Shown here in pieces: positions 1 to 15,803 of a stretch of 64,000 bases of DNA. The translations under genes and the position numbers were made by a program. Every line of letters begins with the position of its first letter. Position 1 is the first letter of the stretch. The DNA lies in contig CAWGJO010000024.1 in the NCBI GenBank assembly GCA_963822945.1, positions 64,001 through 128,000 on the forward strand. Reading direction: 5' to 3'. This stretch comes from an uncultured Gemmatimonadaceae bacterium. Lineage in GTDB: Bacteria; Gemmatimonadota; Gemmatimonadetes; Gemmatimonadales; Gemmatimonadaceae. The notes beneath the pieces are model-generated. The model ran no database searches. It had not been told where the DNA came from and saw nothing but the letters and a program-made list of their open reading frames with translations.

Positions 1-222
1 TTCGGCCACCTCGGCCATTCCCTCCTCGCTGATCCAGCCCCGGTCGTGCTGCACCATCCACAACGCCGGCAGCAGCGCGGCCATCTTCGTGGGGTATCGC
101 GTGAACAGCGCGTCGAGCTCCTTTCGCCGCTCGCCGGTGAACACCGGCACGTAGGGCGCCGAGTGCAGACCGTGCGACGTATCCGCGGGCGCTTCCGTCC
201 CACCCATCTCTTGCGCGCTCAC
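1..222 (-). CDS. nuoE: NADH-quinone oxidoreductase subunit E, 5' part (runs off window)
   Basis: Own translation from GTG 222 (GAAGGAG SD upstream): ...LFTRYPTKMAALLPALWMVQHDRGWISEEGMAEVAE; follows nuoD. Confidence 0.85.
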   Translation of the reverse strand, partial: MSAQEMGGTEAPADTSHGLHSAPYVPVFTGERRKELDALFTRYPTKMAALLPALWMVQHDRGWISEEGMAEVAE

Positions 223-256
223 CGGCCCGATTCTCCTTCGTATGAATTCTCGCGCG

Positions 257-1570
<1,314 letters not shown>

Positions 1571-1576
1571 GGTGCG

Positions 1577-2282
1577 CTATTCCCCCGCCTTCTCGCCGCT
1601 GTCCAGCCGGCGGCGCATGGCCGCGGGCAGGTCCTCGAAGGCATCCGCCACCGACAGTTCTTCCATGGAGTAACGGGCCTCGGGGTTGGCGGCGAGCGCC
1701 TGGCGGAGCTGCTCGGACCGGCTGAAGCGCCCGCGCAGGGGGAAGTCCTTTCGAAGGGGATAGCCCTCGCGGTAGTCCTCCCACATCAGAATGCGTCGCA
1801 GGTCCGGATGGCCCGCGAAGCGAATGCCGAACATGTCGAAGCACTCGCGCTCCATCCAATCGGCGCTCTTGTAGACCTCGTACACGCTCGGCACCTCCAG
1901 CGAGGCGCCCGCTTCCAATTCGACCTTCAGCCGGAGAAAGCGGCGATAGGCGATCGAGCGCAGATGCCAGACGACTTCGATGGGCTGCTCGCGTATCGCG
2001 GAACTCCACCGCCGTCACGTCGGACAGATATTCGTAGCGCTGCGAGGGCTCGGCGTGGAGCCACCGGACGACGTCGAGCAACCGGTCGTTGGCGACGACC
2101 ACGTTGGTCTCACCGCGCACCACATGGACGCGGCGCACCGCATCGCCGAACTGGTGCACGAGCGCGGCCGCGGACGGATTCGGCTCGCCGCCGGTGAGCG
2201 GCACCTGGCGCGGGGTGACGGGGGCCGGCGCGTCGGCGCCGAGTGCGCTTCCCGCCACGACGGGAGTGAATGGTGTGCTCAC
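1577..2282 (-). CDS. nuoC: NADH-quinone oxidoreductase subunit C (frameshifted near 1980-2010, probably sequencing indel)
   Basis: N-part ...[12 protein letters not shown] in one frame; C-part [27 protein letters not shown]...YPLRKDFPL in ORF 1577..1918. Confidence 0.9.
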
Positions 2283-2903
2283 AGGCCCGACCGCGTCTGG
2301 TGGACCGAGTTCCCGAACGGCTCCGACAGCTCGTCGATGACCGACGGCGGGATGTAGAGCTGGCTCTTGGGATCGGGGTCCATCTCCCTGCGCAATGTCG
2401 GGTCGGCGGCCCGCTCCTTCTTCACCTTTTCCTGCAGGAGCATGATGCCGTAGAGCAGCCCTTCGGGGCGCGGCGGACATCCGGGGACGTAGACGTCCAC
2501 CGGAATGATGGTATCGATGCCCTGGACCACGGCGTAGTTGTCGAACATGCCGCCCGACGACGCACAGGCCCCCATGGAGATGGCCCATTTGGGCTGCGGC
2601 ATCTGCTGCCAGATGCGGCGGAGGATCGGCGCCAACTTGAACGGCACGCGTCCGGCGCAGATGAGCACGTCGGCCTGCCGCGGCGAGAAACTCATGCGCT
2701 CCATGCCGAAGCGCGCCAGATCGAAATCGCTGGCCGCGCGACGCCATGAACTCGATGGCGCAGCACGCGGTGCCGAACGGCATCGGCCACAGCGAATTCG
2801 CGCGGGCCCAATTCACCAGGAAGTCGAGCTTCGTCGCCACCCATCCTTCCTGCGACGACGGGCTGTAGGACACGGTCGACTCAGGGCGCGGGGTCAATCC
2901 CAT
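2279..2903 (-). CDS. nuoB: NADH-quinone oxidoreductase subunit B (one extra base near 2738)
   Basis: [17 protein letters not shown] then [26 protein letters not shown] in the shifted frame. Confidence 0.93.
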
Positions 2904-3298
2904 TGGAGGGCCCCCTTCTTCCAGACGTAGATGAATCCCACGAGGAGGATGGCCATGAACACCAGCATCTCCCCGAGGCCGAAGAACGAAATCTGTCCCG
3001 GGGGGCACACGCCGCCGGTGAGCGGCACCGCGCACGACAACTGTCGGAAGTGCGCGCCCCACGGAATCATGAAGACGGTCTCGATATCGAAGATGATGAA
3101 GAGCACCGCCACCATATAGAACTTGACGGAGAACCGCTCGCGGGCATCGCCCAGTGGGGGGATGCCCGATTCGTATGCGGTCTGCTTTACCGGAGTCGGC
3201 CGCGGGCGCATCGTGAGATGCGACATCACCAACATCGCCACCGCGTTGAAGACGGCGAAGCCGAGCAGGAGCAGGACCGGGAAGTACGTGCGTGCCAT
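2894..3298 (-). CDS. nuoA: NADH-quinone oxidoreductase subunit A
   Basis: [36 protein letters not shown]. Confidence 0.96.
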   Translation of the reverse strand: MARTYFPVLLLLGFAVFNAVAMLVMSHLTMRPRPTPVKQTAYESGIPPLGDARERFSVKFYMVAVLFIIFDIETVFMIPWGAHFRQLSCAVPLTGGVCPPGQISFFGLGEMLVFMAILLVGFIYVWKKGALQWD

Positions 3299-3311
3299 AG
3301 CGCTCCAAACT

Positions 3312-3329
3312 TCGTGAAAACTTTCACTA
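3312..3329. promoter_or_regulatory. Candidate Rex operator upstream of nuoA
   Basis: TCGTGAA-aact-TTCACTA vs Rex consensus TTGTGAA-N4-TTCACAA; lies between promoter and start codon. Confidence 0.65.
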
Positions 3330-3343
3330 ACTCCAGCGCCGAA

Positions 3344-3372
3344 AAGTTATCGACCGTCCGAACAAGGGTCAA
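3344..3372 (-). promoter_or_regulatory. Sigma70-type promoter of nuo operon
   Basis: TTGACC-N17-TAACTT on minus strand. Confidence 0.6.
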
Positions 3373-3400
3373 CCGGATTCCGCGGCATCTTCTTGCATGC

Positions 3401-3429
3401 TTGGCGCATGTTGGGCGGACGGATACATT
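3401..3429 (+). promoter_or_regulatory. Divergent sigma70-type promoter for dcd
   Basis: TTGGCG-N17-TACATT. Confidence 0.4.
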
Positions 3430-3482
3430 CCGGCGCGCGGTGCGTCTCCCATCCCCCCGTCACCTTCTCCCAGAACCCACCG

Positions 3483-4037
3483 ATGAGCATCATGTCCGAC
3501 CGCTGGATCACCCGGATGGCCAAAGAGCACGGAATGATCGAGCCCTTCGAAGACCGCCAGGTTCGCGCCGGCGTCATTTCCTACGGCGTCAGCTCCTACG
3601 GCTACGACATGCGGGTGGCCCGCGAGTTCCGGATCTTCACCAACGTGCTGAGTTCGGTGGTCGATCCGAAGAACTTCGACCCGAACAGCTTCGTGGAATT
3701 CGAGGGCGATATCTGCATCGTGCCCCCGAATTCGTTCGCGCTGGCGCGCTCGGTGGAGTATTTCCGGATTCCGCGCGATATCCTGACGGTAACGGTCGGG
3801 AAATCCACCTATGCGCGCTGCGGCATCATCACAAACGTGACGCCCTTCGAGCCGGAGTGGGAGGGTTTCGTGACGCTGGAGATCTCGAACACCACACCCC
3901 TACCGGCAAAGATATACGCCAACGAGGGGATCGCGCAGGTGCTGTTCTTCAAGGGGGAGGAAGAGCCCGACGTGTCCTACAAGGACAAGAAGGGCAAGTA
4001 TCAGGGGCAGCACGGGGTGACACTGCCGCGGCTCTGA
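3483..4037 (+). CDS. dcd: dCTP deaminase
   Basis: [51 protein letters not shown]. Confidence 0.96.
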   Translation: MSIMSDRWITRMAKEHGMIEPFEDRQVRAGVISYGVSSYGYDMRVAREFRIFTNVLSSVVDPKNFDPNSFVEFEGDICIVPPNSFALARSVEYFRIPRDILTVTVGKSTYARCGIITNVTPFEPEWEGFVTLEISNTTPLPAKIYANEGIAQVLFFKGEEEPDVSYKDKKGKYQGQHGVTLPRL

Positions 4038-4049
4038 GCGCGCCACACG

Positions 4050-4239
4050 GGCATCAAGACCGCAGCGTATGAACGGCAGATGATCCGGATGGAACGGATT
4101 CGACGGACTGAGACAGGGGGCCGCTGGCGGAACTCTACCAGCCGGGCCGAGAGTTTCCGCCCAGGTGAAGGCCGATTTCCATATCCGCATCATCCGGCCA
4201 ATCCGGAGCATCTTGTCCGGACCCGCCGGTCTTGATGCC
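4050..4239. repeat. ~190-bp nested inverted-repeat element (MITE/REP-like) between convergent dcd and sdhB
   Basis: Perfect 13-bp terminal IR GGCATCAAGACCG (4050-4062)/CGGTCTTGATGCC (4227-4239), internal imperfect CGGAT-rich IR arms, central stem CTGGCGGAACTCT/AGAGTTTCCGCCCAG (4124-4164). Confidence 0.7.
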
Positions 4240-4256
4240 AGACTGCCCCGTCGGTA

Positions 4257-5026
4257 CTACCCCGCCCCGCCGGCGACCGTCTCGTCGCGCTGCGCCACCA
4301 CGGCGCGCATGTAATCGTGGTTCATGCGCGCAATGAAGTCGATGCTGATCCCCTTGGGGCAGGCCGCCTGGCACTCCCCGAACAGGGTGCAGCCGCCGAA
4401 GTCCTCGAGATCCATCTGGGCCACCATCTTGAGCGCGCGGCGGTAGCGTTCGGGTTGTCCCTGCGGCAGCAGGCCCAGGTGCGAGATCTTGGCCGCGGTG
4501 AACAGCGACGCCGACCCGTTGGGGCAGGCCGCCACGCAGGCCCCGCATCCGATGCAGGCGGCGGCGTCCATGGCCTCGTCGGCCACGTCCTTGGCGATCG
4601 GGAGCGCGTTGGCATCCTGCGGCGCTCCCGTGTTCACGCTCACGAAGCCGCCCGCCTGGATGATGCGGTCGAACGCGCTGCGGTCGACCACCAGGTCCTT
4701 GACCACCTGGAACGCCCGGGCGCGCCAGGGTTCGAGCCACAGCTCGTCGCCGTCCTTGAAGCTCCGCATGTGGAGCTGGCAGGTGGTGGTCATCTTCATC
4801 GGTCCGTGTGCCGATCCGCTGATCATCATGCCGCACATGCCGCAGATGCCCTCGCGGCAATCGTGATCGAACGCGATCGGCTCCTGGCCCTGGGCAATCA
4901 GTCCCTCGTTCACCACGTCGAGCATTTCGAGGAAGGACATGTCGGGGCTGACGTCGGGCGCCGCGTACCGTTCGAAGCGTCCGGCGGCCTTCTCGCTCGG
5001 CTGCCGCCACACGTGGAGGGTGATGT

Positions 5027-5030
<4 letters not shown>
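4257..5030 (-). CDS. sdhB: Succinate dehydrogenase/fumarate reductase iron-sulfur subunit
   Basis: [40 protein letters not shown] start overlaps sdhA stop. Confidence 0.95.
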
Positions 5031-6940
<1,910 letters not shown>

Positions 6941-6942
6941 GG

Positions 6943-7626
6943 CTAGTGCACGATGCCGGCGATGACGCCGAGCGGAACGAGGGTGAAGCCGAGCCAGACG
7001 ACGACGGCTACGACGGCGGCAATGCGCCGGCGCATGGGATGCGCGGATGGATGGGCCACGCCCAGGGTGCGGAGCGAACTCCAGGCGCCGTGAAAGAGGT
7101 GCAGCCCCAGAAACGCCATCGCGACGATGTAGAACGCCGAGACCCACCAGATGCGGAAGCTGGCGACCACGTCGCCGTAGATGTCGTGGCGCCCCGCCGC
7201 ATCGGTGGCGTGGAAGGCGCCGGCCGGATCGATCGCCCCCACGGTGAACTGCAGGATGTGGAAGACGATGAACACGACGAGGAGCACGCCGCCCACCGCA
7301 TGGTGCGCGACGCCAGGCGTGGACACCTGCGCCTCCCGCATCTTGTAGCCCATCGGCCGCGCCGCCTTGGCCCGGCGGGTGAGCTGCCAGGCCATGAGGA
7401 TGTGCAGCAGCACGGCGACGATGAGCACGACGCGCATGGCCCACACCACCTCGGCCAGCGGGCCGTGCAGCATCGCGGCGTACGAGTCGAACTTGTCCTG
7501 GCCGATGAAGACCTGGAGGTTGCCGAGCATGTGGAAGATCACGAAGGCGATGCCGATCAGCCCCGTGACCGCCATGATGATCTTCTTCCCGATCGTGGAC
7601 CGGTACAGATTGACGAACCAGGTCAT
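6943..7626 (-). CDS. sdhC: Succinate dehydrogenase cytochrome b subunit (single-subunit dihaem b558 type)
   Basis: [18 protein letters not shown], haem His pattern; contains a compensating +1/-1 indel pair near 7290-7318. Confidence 0.92.
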   Translation of the reverse strand: MTWFVNLYRSTIGKKIIMAVTGLIGIAFVIFHMLGNLQVFIGQDKFDSYAAMLHGPLAEVVWAMRVVLIVAVLLHILMAWQLTRRAKAARPMGYKMREAQVSTPGVAHHAVGGVLLVVFIVFHILQFTVGAIDPAGAFHATDAAGRHDIYGDVVASFRIWWVSAFYIVAMAFLGLHLFHGAWSSLRTLGVAHPSAHPMRRRIAAVVAVVVWLGFTLVPLGVIAGIVH

Positions 7627-7665
7627 CGTGTTGGGACGTTCAGGGTGAGAGCTCCGGAATGCGGA

Positions 7666-7702
7666 ATGCGGGAGGCAGGTCGGTGTGCCCTGCTTCCCGC
7701 AT
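7666..7702. terminator. 14-bp stem-loop between mdh and sdhC (terminator or mRNA-stability hairpin)
   Basis: ATGCGGGAGGCAGG / CCTGCTTCCCGCAT, one mismatch. Confidence 0.4.
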
Positions 7703-7714
7703 CCGGGTCTTCGC

Positions 7715-8902
<1,188 letters not shown>

Positions 8903-9922
8903 TCAATCGCCCACCGATCGCACGAGCCGGGAGCGTTCCCTATCCCCGACCTGTGACAGCGCCTTCAGCCCGCCCACCTTCATCTGCAACAGGGCGTGCT
9001 CCTTCGGCTTCTCGGCGAGCGCGCGGCGGAAGAACGGCTCCAGTGGCTCGCCCGCGCGCAGCGGCGTGCGGAGATCCACTTCGTGGTCGCCGAACAGACA
9101 GGTGCGCAGCCGTCCGTCGGCGGTGAGACGCACGCGGTTACACGAGCCGCAGTACGTGTGGGTCATGGGCGTGATTACGCCGATCGAGCCGCGGGCGCCT
9201 TCGAATGCATAGTACGCCGCCGGTCCGTTCCCGCGCGCCGGTCCGGCGCTGGGCGCCAGCGCGCCGAGGGCACGCACGCGGGCCAGCAGCTCATCACTCG
9301 GCACCACGTGTTCCCACGTGAGCTCGCGCATCTCGCCCACCGGCATGAGTTCGATGAACCGCACGTGCCAGGGATGCTCGAAGGTGAGGCGCGCGAAGTC
9401 CTCGATCTCGTCGTCGTTCACGCCTCGCATGACCACGACGTTGATCTTCACCGGGTTCAGGCCGTGCGCCTCCGCGGCCGCGGCAGCGCGCACCGGGTCG
9501 AACCCCAGCTTGCGTCGCGAGATGGCCGCAATGCGGTCGGCCCGAAGGCTGTCGGCGCTGATATTGACCCGATCCAACCCGCTGGCGCGCAACGGCGCCG
9601 CGAGCGCTTCGAGGCGCACTCCGTTGGTGGAGAGCGCGATGTCCTCGATGCCCGGTACCGCCTTCAACTGCGCCACGAGTTCCTGCAGGTCGGGACGAAT
9701 CGTGGGTTCGCCGCCGGTGATTCGCAGGCGCCGGAGCCCGAGCGGCGCCAACTGGCGCACCGCTTCCGCGATCTCCTCGTAGCTCAGAATCTCGGCCTTG
9801 GGCAGCCACTGCAATCCCTCGGCCGGCATGCAGTAGAGACACCGGAAGTTGCAGCGATCGGTCACCGAGATCCGCAGGTACTCGATGCTCCGGCCGAACT
9901 GGTCGCGCAGGGCTTCGCTCAT
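8903..9922 (-). CDS. moaA: GTP 3',8-cyclase (radical SAM)
   Basis: YLRISVTDRCNFRCLYCMP, TGGEP, CGSCNRVRLTADG..C. Confidence 0.96.
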   Translation of the reverse strand: MSEALRDQFGRSIEYLRISVTDRCNFRCLYCMPAEGLQWLPKAEILSYEEIAEAVRQLAPLGLRRLRITGGEPTIRPDLQELVAQLKAVPGIEDIALSTNGVRLEALAAPLRASGLDRVNISADSLRADRIAAISRRKLGFDPVRAAAAAEAHGLNPVKINVVVMRGVNDDEIEDFARLTFEHPWHVRFIELMPVGEMRELTWEHVVPSDELLARVRALGALAPSAGPARGNGPAAYYAFEGARGSIGVITPMTHTYCGSCNRVRLTADGRLRTCLFGDHEVDLRTPLRAGEPLEPFFRRALAEKPKEHALLQMKVGGLKALSQVGDRERSRLVRSVGD

Positions 9923-10374
9923 CGTGCGGGCTCCGGCCTCGGGGTGGGCGGCACATGGCCATTGCCGGCATGCACCCATTCCCGCGCGCCATCGGCGTAT
10001 TGCTCACGCTTCCAGATGGGCACGCGACGCTTGGTCTCCTCGATGATGTAGCGCGACGCCTCGTAGGCGAGCGCCCGATGTGCGTGCGTCGTGGCGATGG
10101 CGATACTCGCCTCCCCGAGCGACAGCGTGCCGAGGCGATGTTCGACGGCCACCCGCACCCCGTCGAACCGGGCGGCGGCGTCGGCCACGATCGTCGCCAG
10201 TTCCCGCTCGGCCATCTCACGGTACGCACTGTACTCGATGCCGGTGACGGCGCGGCCGTCGTTCATCTCGCGCACGGTGCCGACGAAGAGGACGCCCGCC
10301 CCGCACGACGGGTCGGAGATCTCGGCCAGAAGCGCCGCGGGGTCCAGCGGGTGGTCGACGATGCCCGATCGCAT
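9919..10374 (-). CDS. moaE: Molybdopterin synthase catalytic subunit
   Basis: GAGVLFVGTVR, HRLGTL, KRRVPIWKRE. Confidence 0.95.
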   Translation of the reverse strand: MRSGIVDHPLDPAALLAEISDPSCGAGVLFVGTVREMNDGRAVTGIEYSAYREMAERELATIVADAAARFDGVRVAVEHRLGTLSLGEASIAIATTHAHRALAYEASRYIIEETKRRVPIWKREQYADGAREWVHAGNGHVPPTPRPEPAR

Positions 10375-10616
10375 CAGCCACCCGCCACGGGAGGAATGAT
10401 CGCGACCTCGTCGGCGGCGGACACCCGGGTGTCGCGGCCGGCATACCGCTGGTTCACGGCCACCAGCGGGGCGGCGGGCAGCCGGTCGGGGCCGTGGCGC
10501 GCGCGGACCGCGGCCACGAGATCGGCGACGGTCGTCCCTTCCGGGACGTCCACATTGATCTCCGGGGCGCCCACGGCATCGGCGTAGGACGCGAAGAGCA
10601 GCACACGCACGTTCAT
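10374..10616 (-). CDS. moaD: Molybdopterin synthase sulfur carrier subunit
   Basis: VRVLLFA, VAVNQ, C-terminal IIPPVAGG. Confidence 0.95.
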   Translation of the reverse strand: MNVRVLLFASYADAVGAPEINVDVPEGTTVADLVAAVRARHGPDRLPAAPLVAVNQRYAGRDTRVSAADEVAIIPPVAGG

Positions 10617-10704
10617 ACGTCGAATGCTACCGGAGCGAGGAGCGGGGGGAAAGCGGCAATTCCATGCGAACCGTCGAGTCCTCCATGGATGCCCGCAGAC
10701 GGGC

Positions 10705-10737
10705 AAACGAATCGCCCCGGCCAGGAAGCCGGGGCGA
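10705..10737 (-). terminator. Intrinsic terminator of HU gene
   Basis: TCGCCCCGGC-loop-GCCGGGGCGA followed by TTCGTTT on minus strand. Confidence 0.6.
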
Positions 10738-10755
10738 GACTCGGGCCTTCCGCGA

Positions 10756-11100
10756 TCAGGCCTTCGAAGCCTGAATCGGCTCGGGCGAGCTCGATGTCTG
10801 TTCTTCGAGGTCGGCCACGAGGGCGCGTAACTCCTTGGATGGCTTGAACACCGGGACGGGGCGGGCAGACACTTCAACCGGCGAACCGGTGCGCGGATTG
10901 CGCGCCATCCGGGTCTTGCGGTGCCGGATCTTGAAGGTGCCGAACCCGCGTACCTCGATGTTTTTCTGCTCGTGCAGCGCTTCTTTGATCGCTTCCAGGA
11001 AGGCGTCGACGACGCGCGCGCAGTCCTTCTTGGAAATCATTGGCCCGGCAGTCCGGGCAATCTGCGTCGTCACTCGCTCGACCAGATCGGCTTTGGTCAT
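10756..11100 (-). CDS. HU/IHF-family DNA-binding protein
   Basis: MTKADLV, IEVRGFGTF, ARNPRTG, PVFKPSKEL. Confidence 0.95.
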   Translation of the reverse strand: MTKADLVERVTTQIARTAGPMISKKDCARVVDAFLEAIKEALHEQKNIEVRGFGTFKIRHRKTRMARNPRTGSPVEVSARPVPVFKPSKELRALVADLEEQTSSSPEPIQASKA

Positions 11101-11145
11101 TGAAGAGCCTCGGGGTCAGGCGCTCAGAGGCTTGAGCGCTCCCCG

Positions 11146-11175
11146 AACATATGGACGTTAAGCGTTGTGTGTCAA
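11146..11175 (-). promoter_or_regulatory. Sigma70-type promoter of HU gene
   Basis: TTGACA-N18-TATGTT. Confidence 0.55.
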
Positions 11176-12305
11176 GAGTTTGTGGCGTTTCGACGGCTCG
11201 GATCGCGGACCACGTCCAGGAATTGGTTGAACAGGGGCCTGGCATCATGGGGTCCCGGGGCGGCTTCCGGGTGGTACTGGACCGCAAAGATCGGTAACTC
11301 CTTGTGCCGCAAGCCCTCTATGCTGCCGTCGTTGAGATTTACGTGCGTCACCTCGAGATCGGGCGCGCCCGGGATGCCCGATTCGTTTCCCGCCACTGCA
11401 AATCCGTGATTCTGGGAGGTGATCAGCACGTGTCCCGTGGACAACTCCTTCACGGGATGATTTCCACCCCGGTGCCCGTAGGGCATCTTCACCGTCTTGG
11501 CGCCGAAGGTCAGTGCCAGGATCTGGTGTCCGAGGCAGATGCCGAAGATGGGAACACCGGCATTGGCGATTGCTCGCACGGCCGCCGGCGCGTAGTGCAC
11601 CGCAGCCGGGTCGCCCGGGCCGTTGGCCAGGAACACGCCGTCCGGAGCAAGCGCCAGCGCGGTCTCGGCGGATGTTTCCGCCGGAACGACCGTGATCCGG
11701 CAGTCGTGCGCCTCGAACAGGCGGAGGATGTTGCGCTTGATTCCGAAGTCGTACGCCACGATGTGGTGGGAGGCGCGATCGCTTCCCCACGTGTACGACT
11801 CGCGGGTGGTCACACGCGTCGCCAGATCGAGGCCTTCCATCGAGGGGCATGCGTCGAGTGCCGCACGCGCGTCATCGCCTGGTGATTCTCCGGCCCCGAT
11901 GACTCCGCGCATCACGCCCGCCGTTCTCAAGTGGCGAGTGAGCCGCCGCGTGTCAACTTCCGCGAGAATGGGAACTTGGGCTCCGGCCAGCCAGTTGCCG
12001 AGGTCGCCCGACGCCCGCCAGTTGGAAAAGCCGGCCGACAGTTCGCGCACCACGACACCAGCCACCTGGACGCCGGCAGACTCGGGATCCTCTTCGTTCA
12101 CGCCATAGTTCCCGATCATCGGCGCGGTCATCACCACGATCTGGCCCCGGTAGGAGGGATCGGTGAAGACCTCCTGGTAGCCGCTCATGTTGGTGGTGAA
12201 TACGACTTCGGCCACGGTGGGTGGAATCGGACCCCGAAGGGTGCCGTGAAAAAGGGTTCCATCCTCGAGGAGGAGGAACCCTGGCTGGATCTGTGTGCTC
12301 GTCAC
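11172..12305 (-). CDS. carA: Carbamoyl-phosphate synthase small subunit
   Basis: LLLEDGT, GYQEVFTDPSY, NGPGDP, FGICLGHQ, QYHPEA. Confidence 0.96.
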   Translation of the reverse strand: MTSTQIQPGFLLLEDGTLFHGTLRGPIPPTVAEVVFTTNMSGYQEVFTDPSYRGQIVVMTAPMIGNYGVNEEDPESAGVQVAGVVVRELSAGFSNWRASGDLGNWLAGAQVPILAEVDTRRLTRHLRTAGVMRGVIGAGESPGDDARAALDACPSMEGLDLATRVTTRESYTWGSDRASHHIVAYDFGIKRNILRLFEAHDCRITVVPAETSAETALALAPDGVFLANGPGDPAAVHYAPAAVRAIANAGVPIFGICLGHQILALTFGAKTVKMPYGHRGGNHPVKELSTGHVLITSQNHGFAVAGNESGIPGAPDLEVTHVNLNDGSIEGLRHKELPIFAVQYHPEAAPGPHDARPLFNQFLDVVRDPSRRNATNS

Positions 12306-12313
12306 GGTTGGTA

Positions 12314-12721
12314 TCAGGGCTTCTTGGAATCCGGCGGCGGGGTCTTGGTCGCCGGCGACGCCGGCTGCGTGGTGACCGGAGCGGTCGGAAGCGGAACGGC
12401 CTGGGTGCCGCCGGAGGTGGCCGGCGCCTGGTTCGCGGCGGGCGGCGCCTGAAGATTGTCCAGCACCGACTTCGGCTGCGAACTGCGCGACGACGCCAGC
12501 GACAGCATGAAGGCCAGCGCGAGGAACAGCCCGCCACCCCACCACGACGCCTTGGTGAGCAGACTCCCCGTCTGCCGGCTGCCGAACAGTGTGTCGGCGG
12601 AACTGCTCACGCCGCCGAATGTCGCGGCCAGGCCGCCGCCCTGCGCCGCCTGCAGGAGAATGGCTGCCAGCAGAATCACACTATCGAGCAGCAACAGGAA
12701 GAGGAGAATCGAATACAGCAT
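12314..12721 (-). CDS. secG: Preprotein translocase subunit SecG
   Basis: ILLQAAQGGGLAATFGG, LLTKAS, two TM helices, downstream of tpiA. Confidence 0.92.
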   Translation of the reverse strand: MLYSILLFLLLLDSVILLAAILLQAAQGGGLAATFGGVSSSADTLFGSRQTGSLLTKASWWGGGLFLALAFMLSLASSRSSQPKSVLDNLQAPPAANQAPATSGGTQAVPLPTAPVTTQPASPATKTPPPDSKKP

Positions 12722-12812
12722 CTGGGTGCGGTGAACGTTTATTGAGGGCGATGTAAGCTATAAATATCACGATACTTAGCCACTGGCGTCAAGGGCGCCG
12801 GGCGTGTGCATG

Positions 12813-13559
12813 CTAGCCGCTGTTCACGACACCCAGCCAGCTCGCAACGGTGAGGCTCGCCCCGCCCACGAGGAGCCCGTCCACGGCGTCGGCCGCCAGC
12901 AGTGCCGCGGCATTCGTGGGCTTCACGCTCCCCCCGTACAGAATGGGTACCGTCGACGGCGCCCCCTCCCGCTCCAGTTCGGTCCGCAGAACCACGTGCA
13001 CGGCCGAGGCGTCGTCCGGAGTGGCCGTTCGACCGGTGCCGATGGCCCACACCGGTTCATACGCCACGACGATCGTGTCCAACTGCGGGGGCGTGAGTTT
13101 GGCGATGCCGGCGCGCAGTTGGCGAAGCACGACGTGGTCGGTATCGCCGCGTTCGCGCTCGTCGAGTGTCTCCCCGACGCACAGCACCGGCGTGAGATCG
13201 TGGGCGAGGGCCACGGCGCACTTGAGCGCCGTAGCCTCGTCGCGCTCCCCGAACACGTGCCGCCGCTCCGAGTGTCCGACGAGCACGCAGCTGGCTCCCG
13301 CCTCCCGGGCGATCGGGGCCGAGTTCTCGCCCGTGAACGCCCCCGCCTCTTCGCCCGCGATGTTCTGAACGCCGAGTCGGATGTCGGGCCGCTTGGCCCC
13401 GGCTTCGTATGCCGCCGCGAAGGCCAGCGCCGACGGAAAGATCATCACCGTCCGATCGTCACGCGGCGCGTAGGCGGAGAGAAACTCCTCCATGAACGAA
13501 CGCGCCGCGCTGGGCCCGTGGTTCATCTTCCAGTTGGCGGCGAAGATGGGAGTGCGCAT
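12813..13559 (-). CDS. tpiA: Triosephosphate isomerase
   Basis: [29 protein letters not shown]. Confidence 0.98.
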   Translation of the reverse strand: MRTPIFAANWKMNHGPSAARSFMEEFLSAYAPRDDRTVMIFPSALAFAAAYEAGAKRPDIRLGVQNIAGEEAGAFTGENSAPIAREAGASCVLVGHSERRHVFGERDEATALKCAVALAHDLTPVLCVGETLDERERGDTDHVVLRQLRAGIAKLTPPQLDTIVVAYEPVWAIGTGRTATPDDASAVHVVLRTELEREGAPSTVPILYGGSVKPTNAAALLAADAVDGLLVGGASLTVASWLGVVNSG

Positions 13560-14761
13560 CAGGCCGCCGCGTCGTCGAGTGCGGCCACGCCGGGAAGCGT
13601 CTTCCCTTCCAGAAATTCGAGCGAGGCGCCGCCGCCCGTGGACACGTGGCTCATCCGGGACGAGAGCCCCGCTTCCTCCACTGCTGCTGCCGAGTCGCCG
13701 CCGCCCACGATGGTCGTCGTCCCCCTGGCCGTGGCGTCCGCCATCGCCTGCGCCACCGCCCGGGTACCGGCGTCGAAGGGCGGGGTCTCGAACACGCCCA
13801 TCGGCCCGTTCCAGACGACGGTCTTGGCCGTCGCGATGGCGCGGGCGTAGGACTTGGCCGTGTCGGGGCCGATGTCGAGCATCGCTTCGGACGCCGGAAT
13901 GGCGTCGCGCTTCACGGCGTGGGCCTTGCCGGGTTCGTCGATGGACGGGGCGACGGTCGCATCGTGCGGCAGGATGAGGCGGGTGCCCGACCGTTCGATG
14001 AGTGCCCGCGCCATGTCCACGCGGTCGGGCTCGACGAGCGACTTGCCGGTTTCCAACCCCATCGCCTTGAAGAAGGTGCAGGCCATGGCTCCGCCCACGA
14101 GCAGCGCATCCACCTTCGGCAACAGTGCTTCGACCACGTCGATCTTCCCGGAGATCTTGCTGCCGCCGAGCACGGCGACGAATGGGCGTTTGGGCTGTGC
14201 CAGCGCGGTTCCGAGATACTGCAACTCCCGCTCCATCAGCAGCCCGGCTACCGCAGGCTTGAGAAAGCGGGCCACGGCTTCCGTGGAGCTGTGCGCCCGG
14301 TGCGCGCTCCCGAAGGCGTCGTTCACGTAGAAGTCGCCGAGCTCCGCCATCTGGCGGGCCAGCTCCTCGTCGTTCTTCTCCTCGCCCGGCAGGAACCGCG
14401 TGTTCTGCAGCAGCACCACGTCCGCATCCGCATCGCGCGTCGCGGCGATGGCTTCGGGCCCCACCGTGGCATCGACGAACTTCACGCGCCGCGCGGGGAG
14501 CAGTTTGGCGAGGCGGGCGACCACCGGGGCCAGCGAGTACTTCGCATCGACCTTCCCCTTGGGGCGCCCCAGATGCGACAGGAGCACCACGCGCGCGCCG
14601 CGATCGAGGAGGAGTTCGATGGTAGGGAGCGCGGCCCGGATGCGGGTGTCGTCGGTGACCTGACCCTGGTCATCGAGCGGCACGTTGAAGTCCACGCGCA
14701 CGAGCGCGCGACGCCCGCGCACCTGGGAGTCCTGCAGGTCGCGTACCGATTGCTTGGTCAT
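13559..14761 (-). CDS. pgk: Phosphoglycerate kinase
   Basis: [31 protein letters not shown]. Confidence 0.98.
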   Translation of the reverse strand: MTKQSVRDLQDSQVRGRRALVRVDFNVPLDDQGQVTDDTRIRAALPTIELLLDRGARVVLLSHLGRPKGKVDAKYSLAPVVARLAKLLPARRVKFVDATVGPEAIAATRDADADVVLLQNTRFLPGEEKNDEELARQMAELGDFYVNDAFGSAHRAHSSTEAVARFLKPAVAGLLMERELQYLGTALAQPKRPFVAVLGGSKISGKIDVVEALLPKVDALLVGGAMACTFFKAMGLETGKSLVEPDRVDMARALIERSGTRLILPHDATVAPSIDEPGKAHAVKRDAIPASEAMLDIGPDTAKSYARAIATAKTVVWNGPMGVFETPPFDAGTRAVAQAMADATARGTTTIVGGGDSAAAVEEAGLSSRMSHVSTGGGASLEFLEGKTLPGVAALDDAAA

Positions 14762-14774
14762 CGGTGGGCGCCCC

Positions 14775-15797
<1,023 letters not shown>

Positions 15798-15803
15798 TCA
15801 GGG

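Noticed and set aside
10675..10743. Three-stem structure upstream of moaD as a possible Moco riboswitch
   Set aside because: The main stem is adequately explained as the HU terminator, I could not see the conserved Moco motif features, and moaD has its own -10 element; an Rfam cmsearch would settle it.
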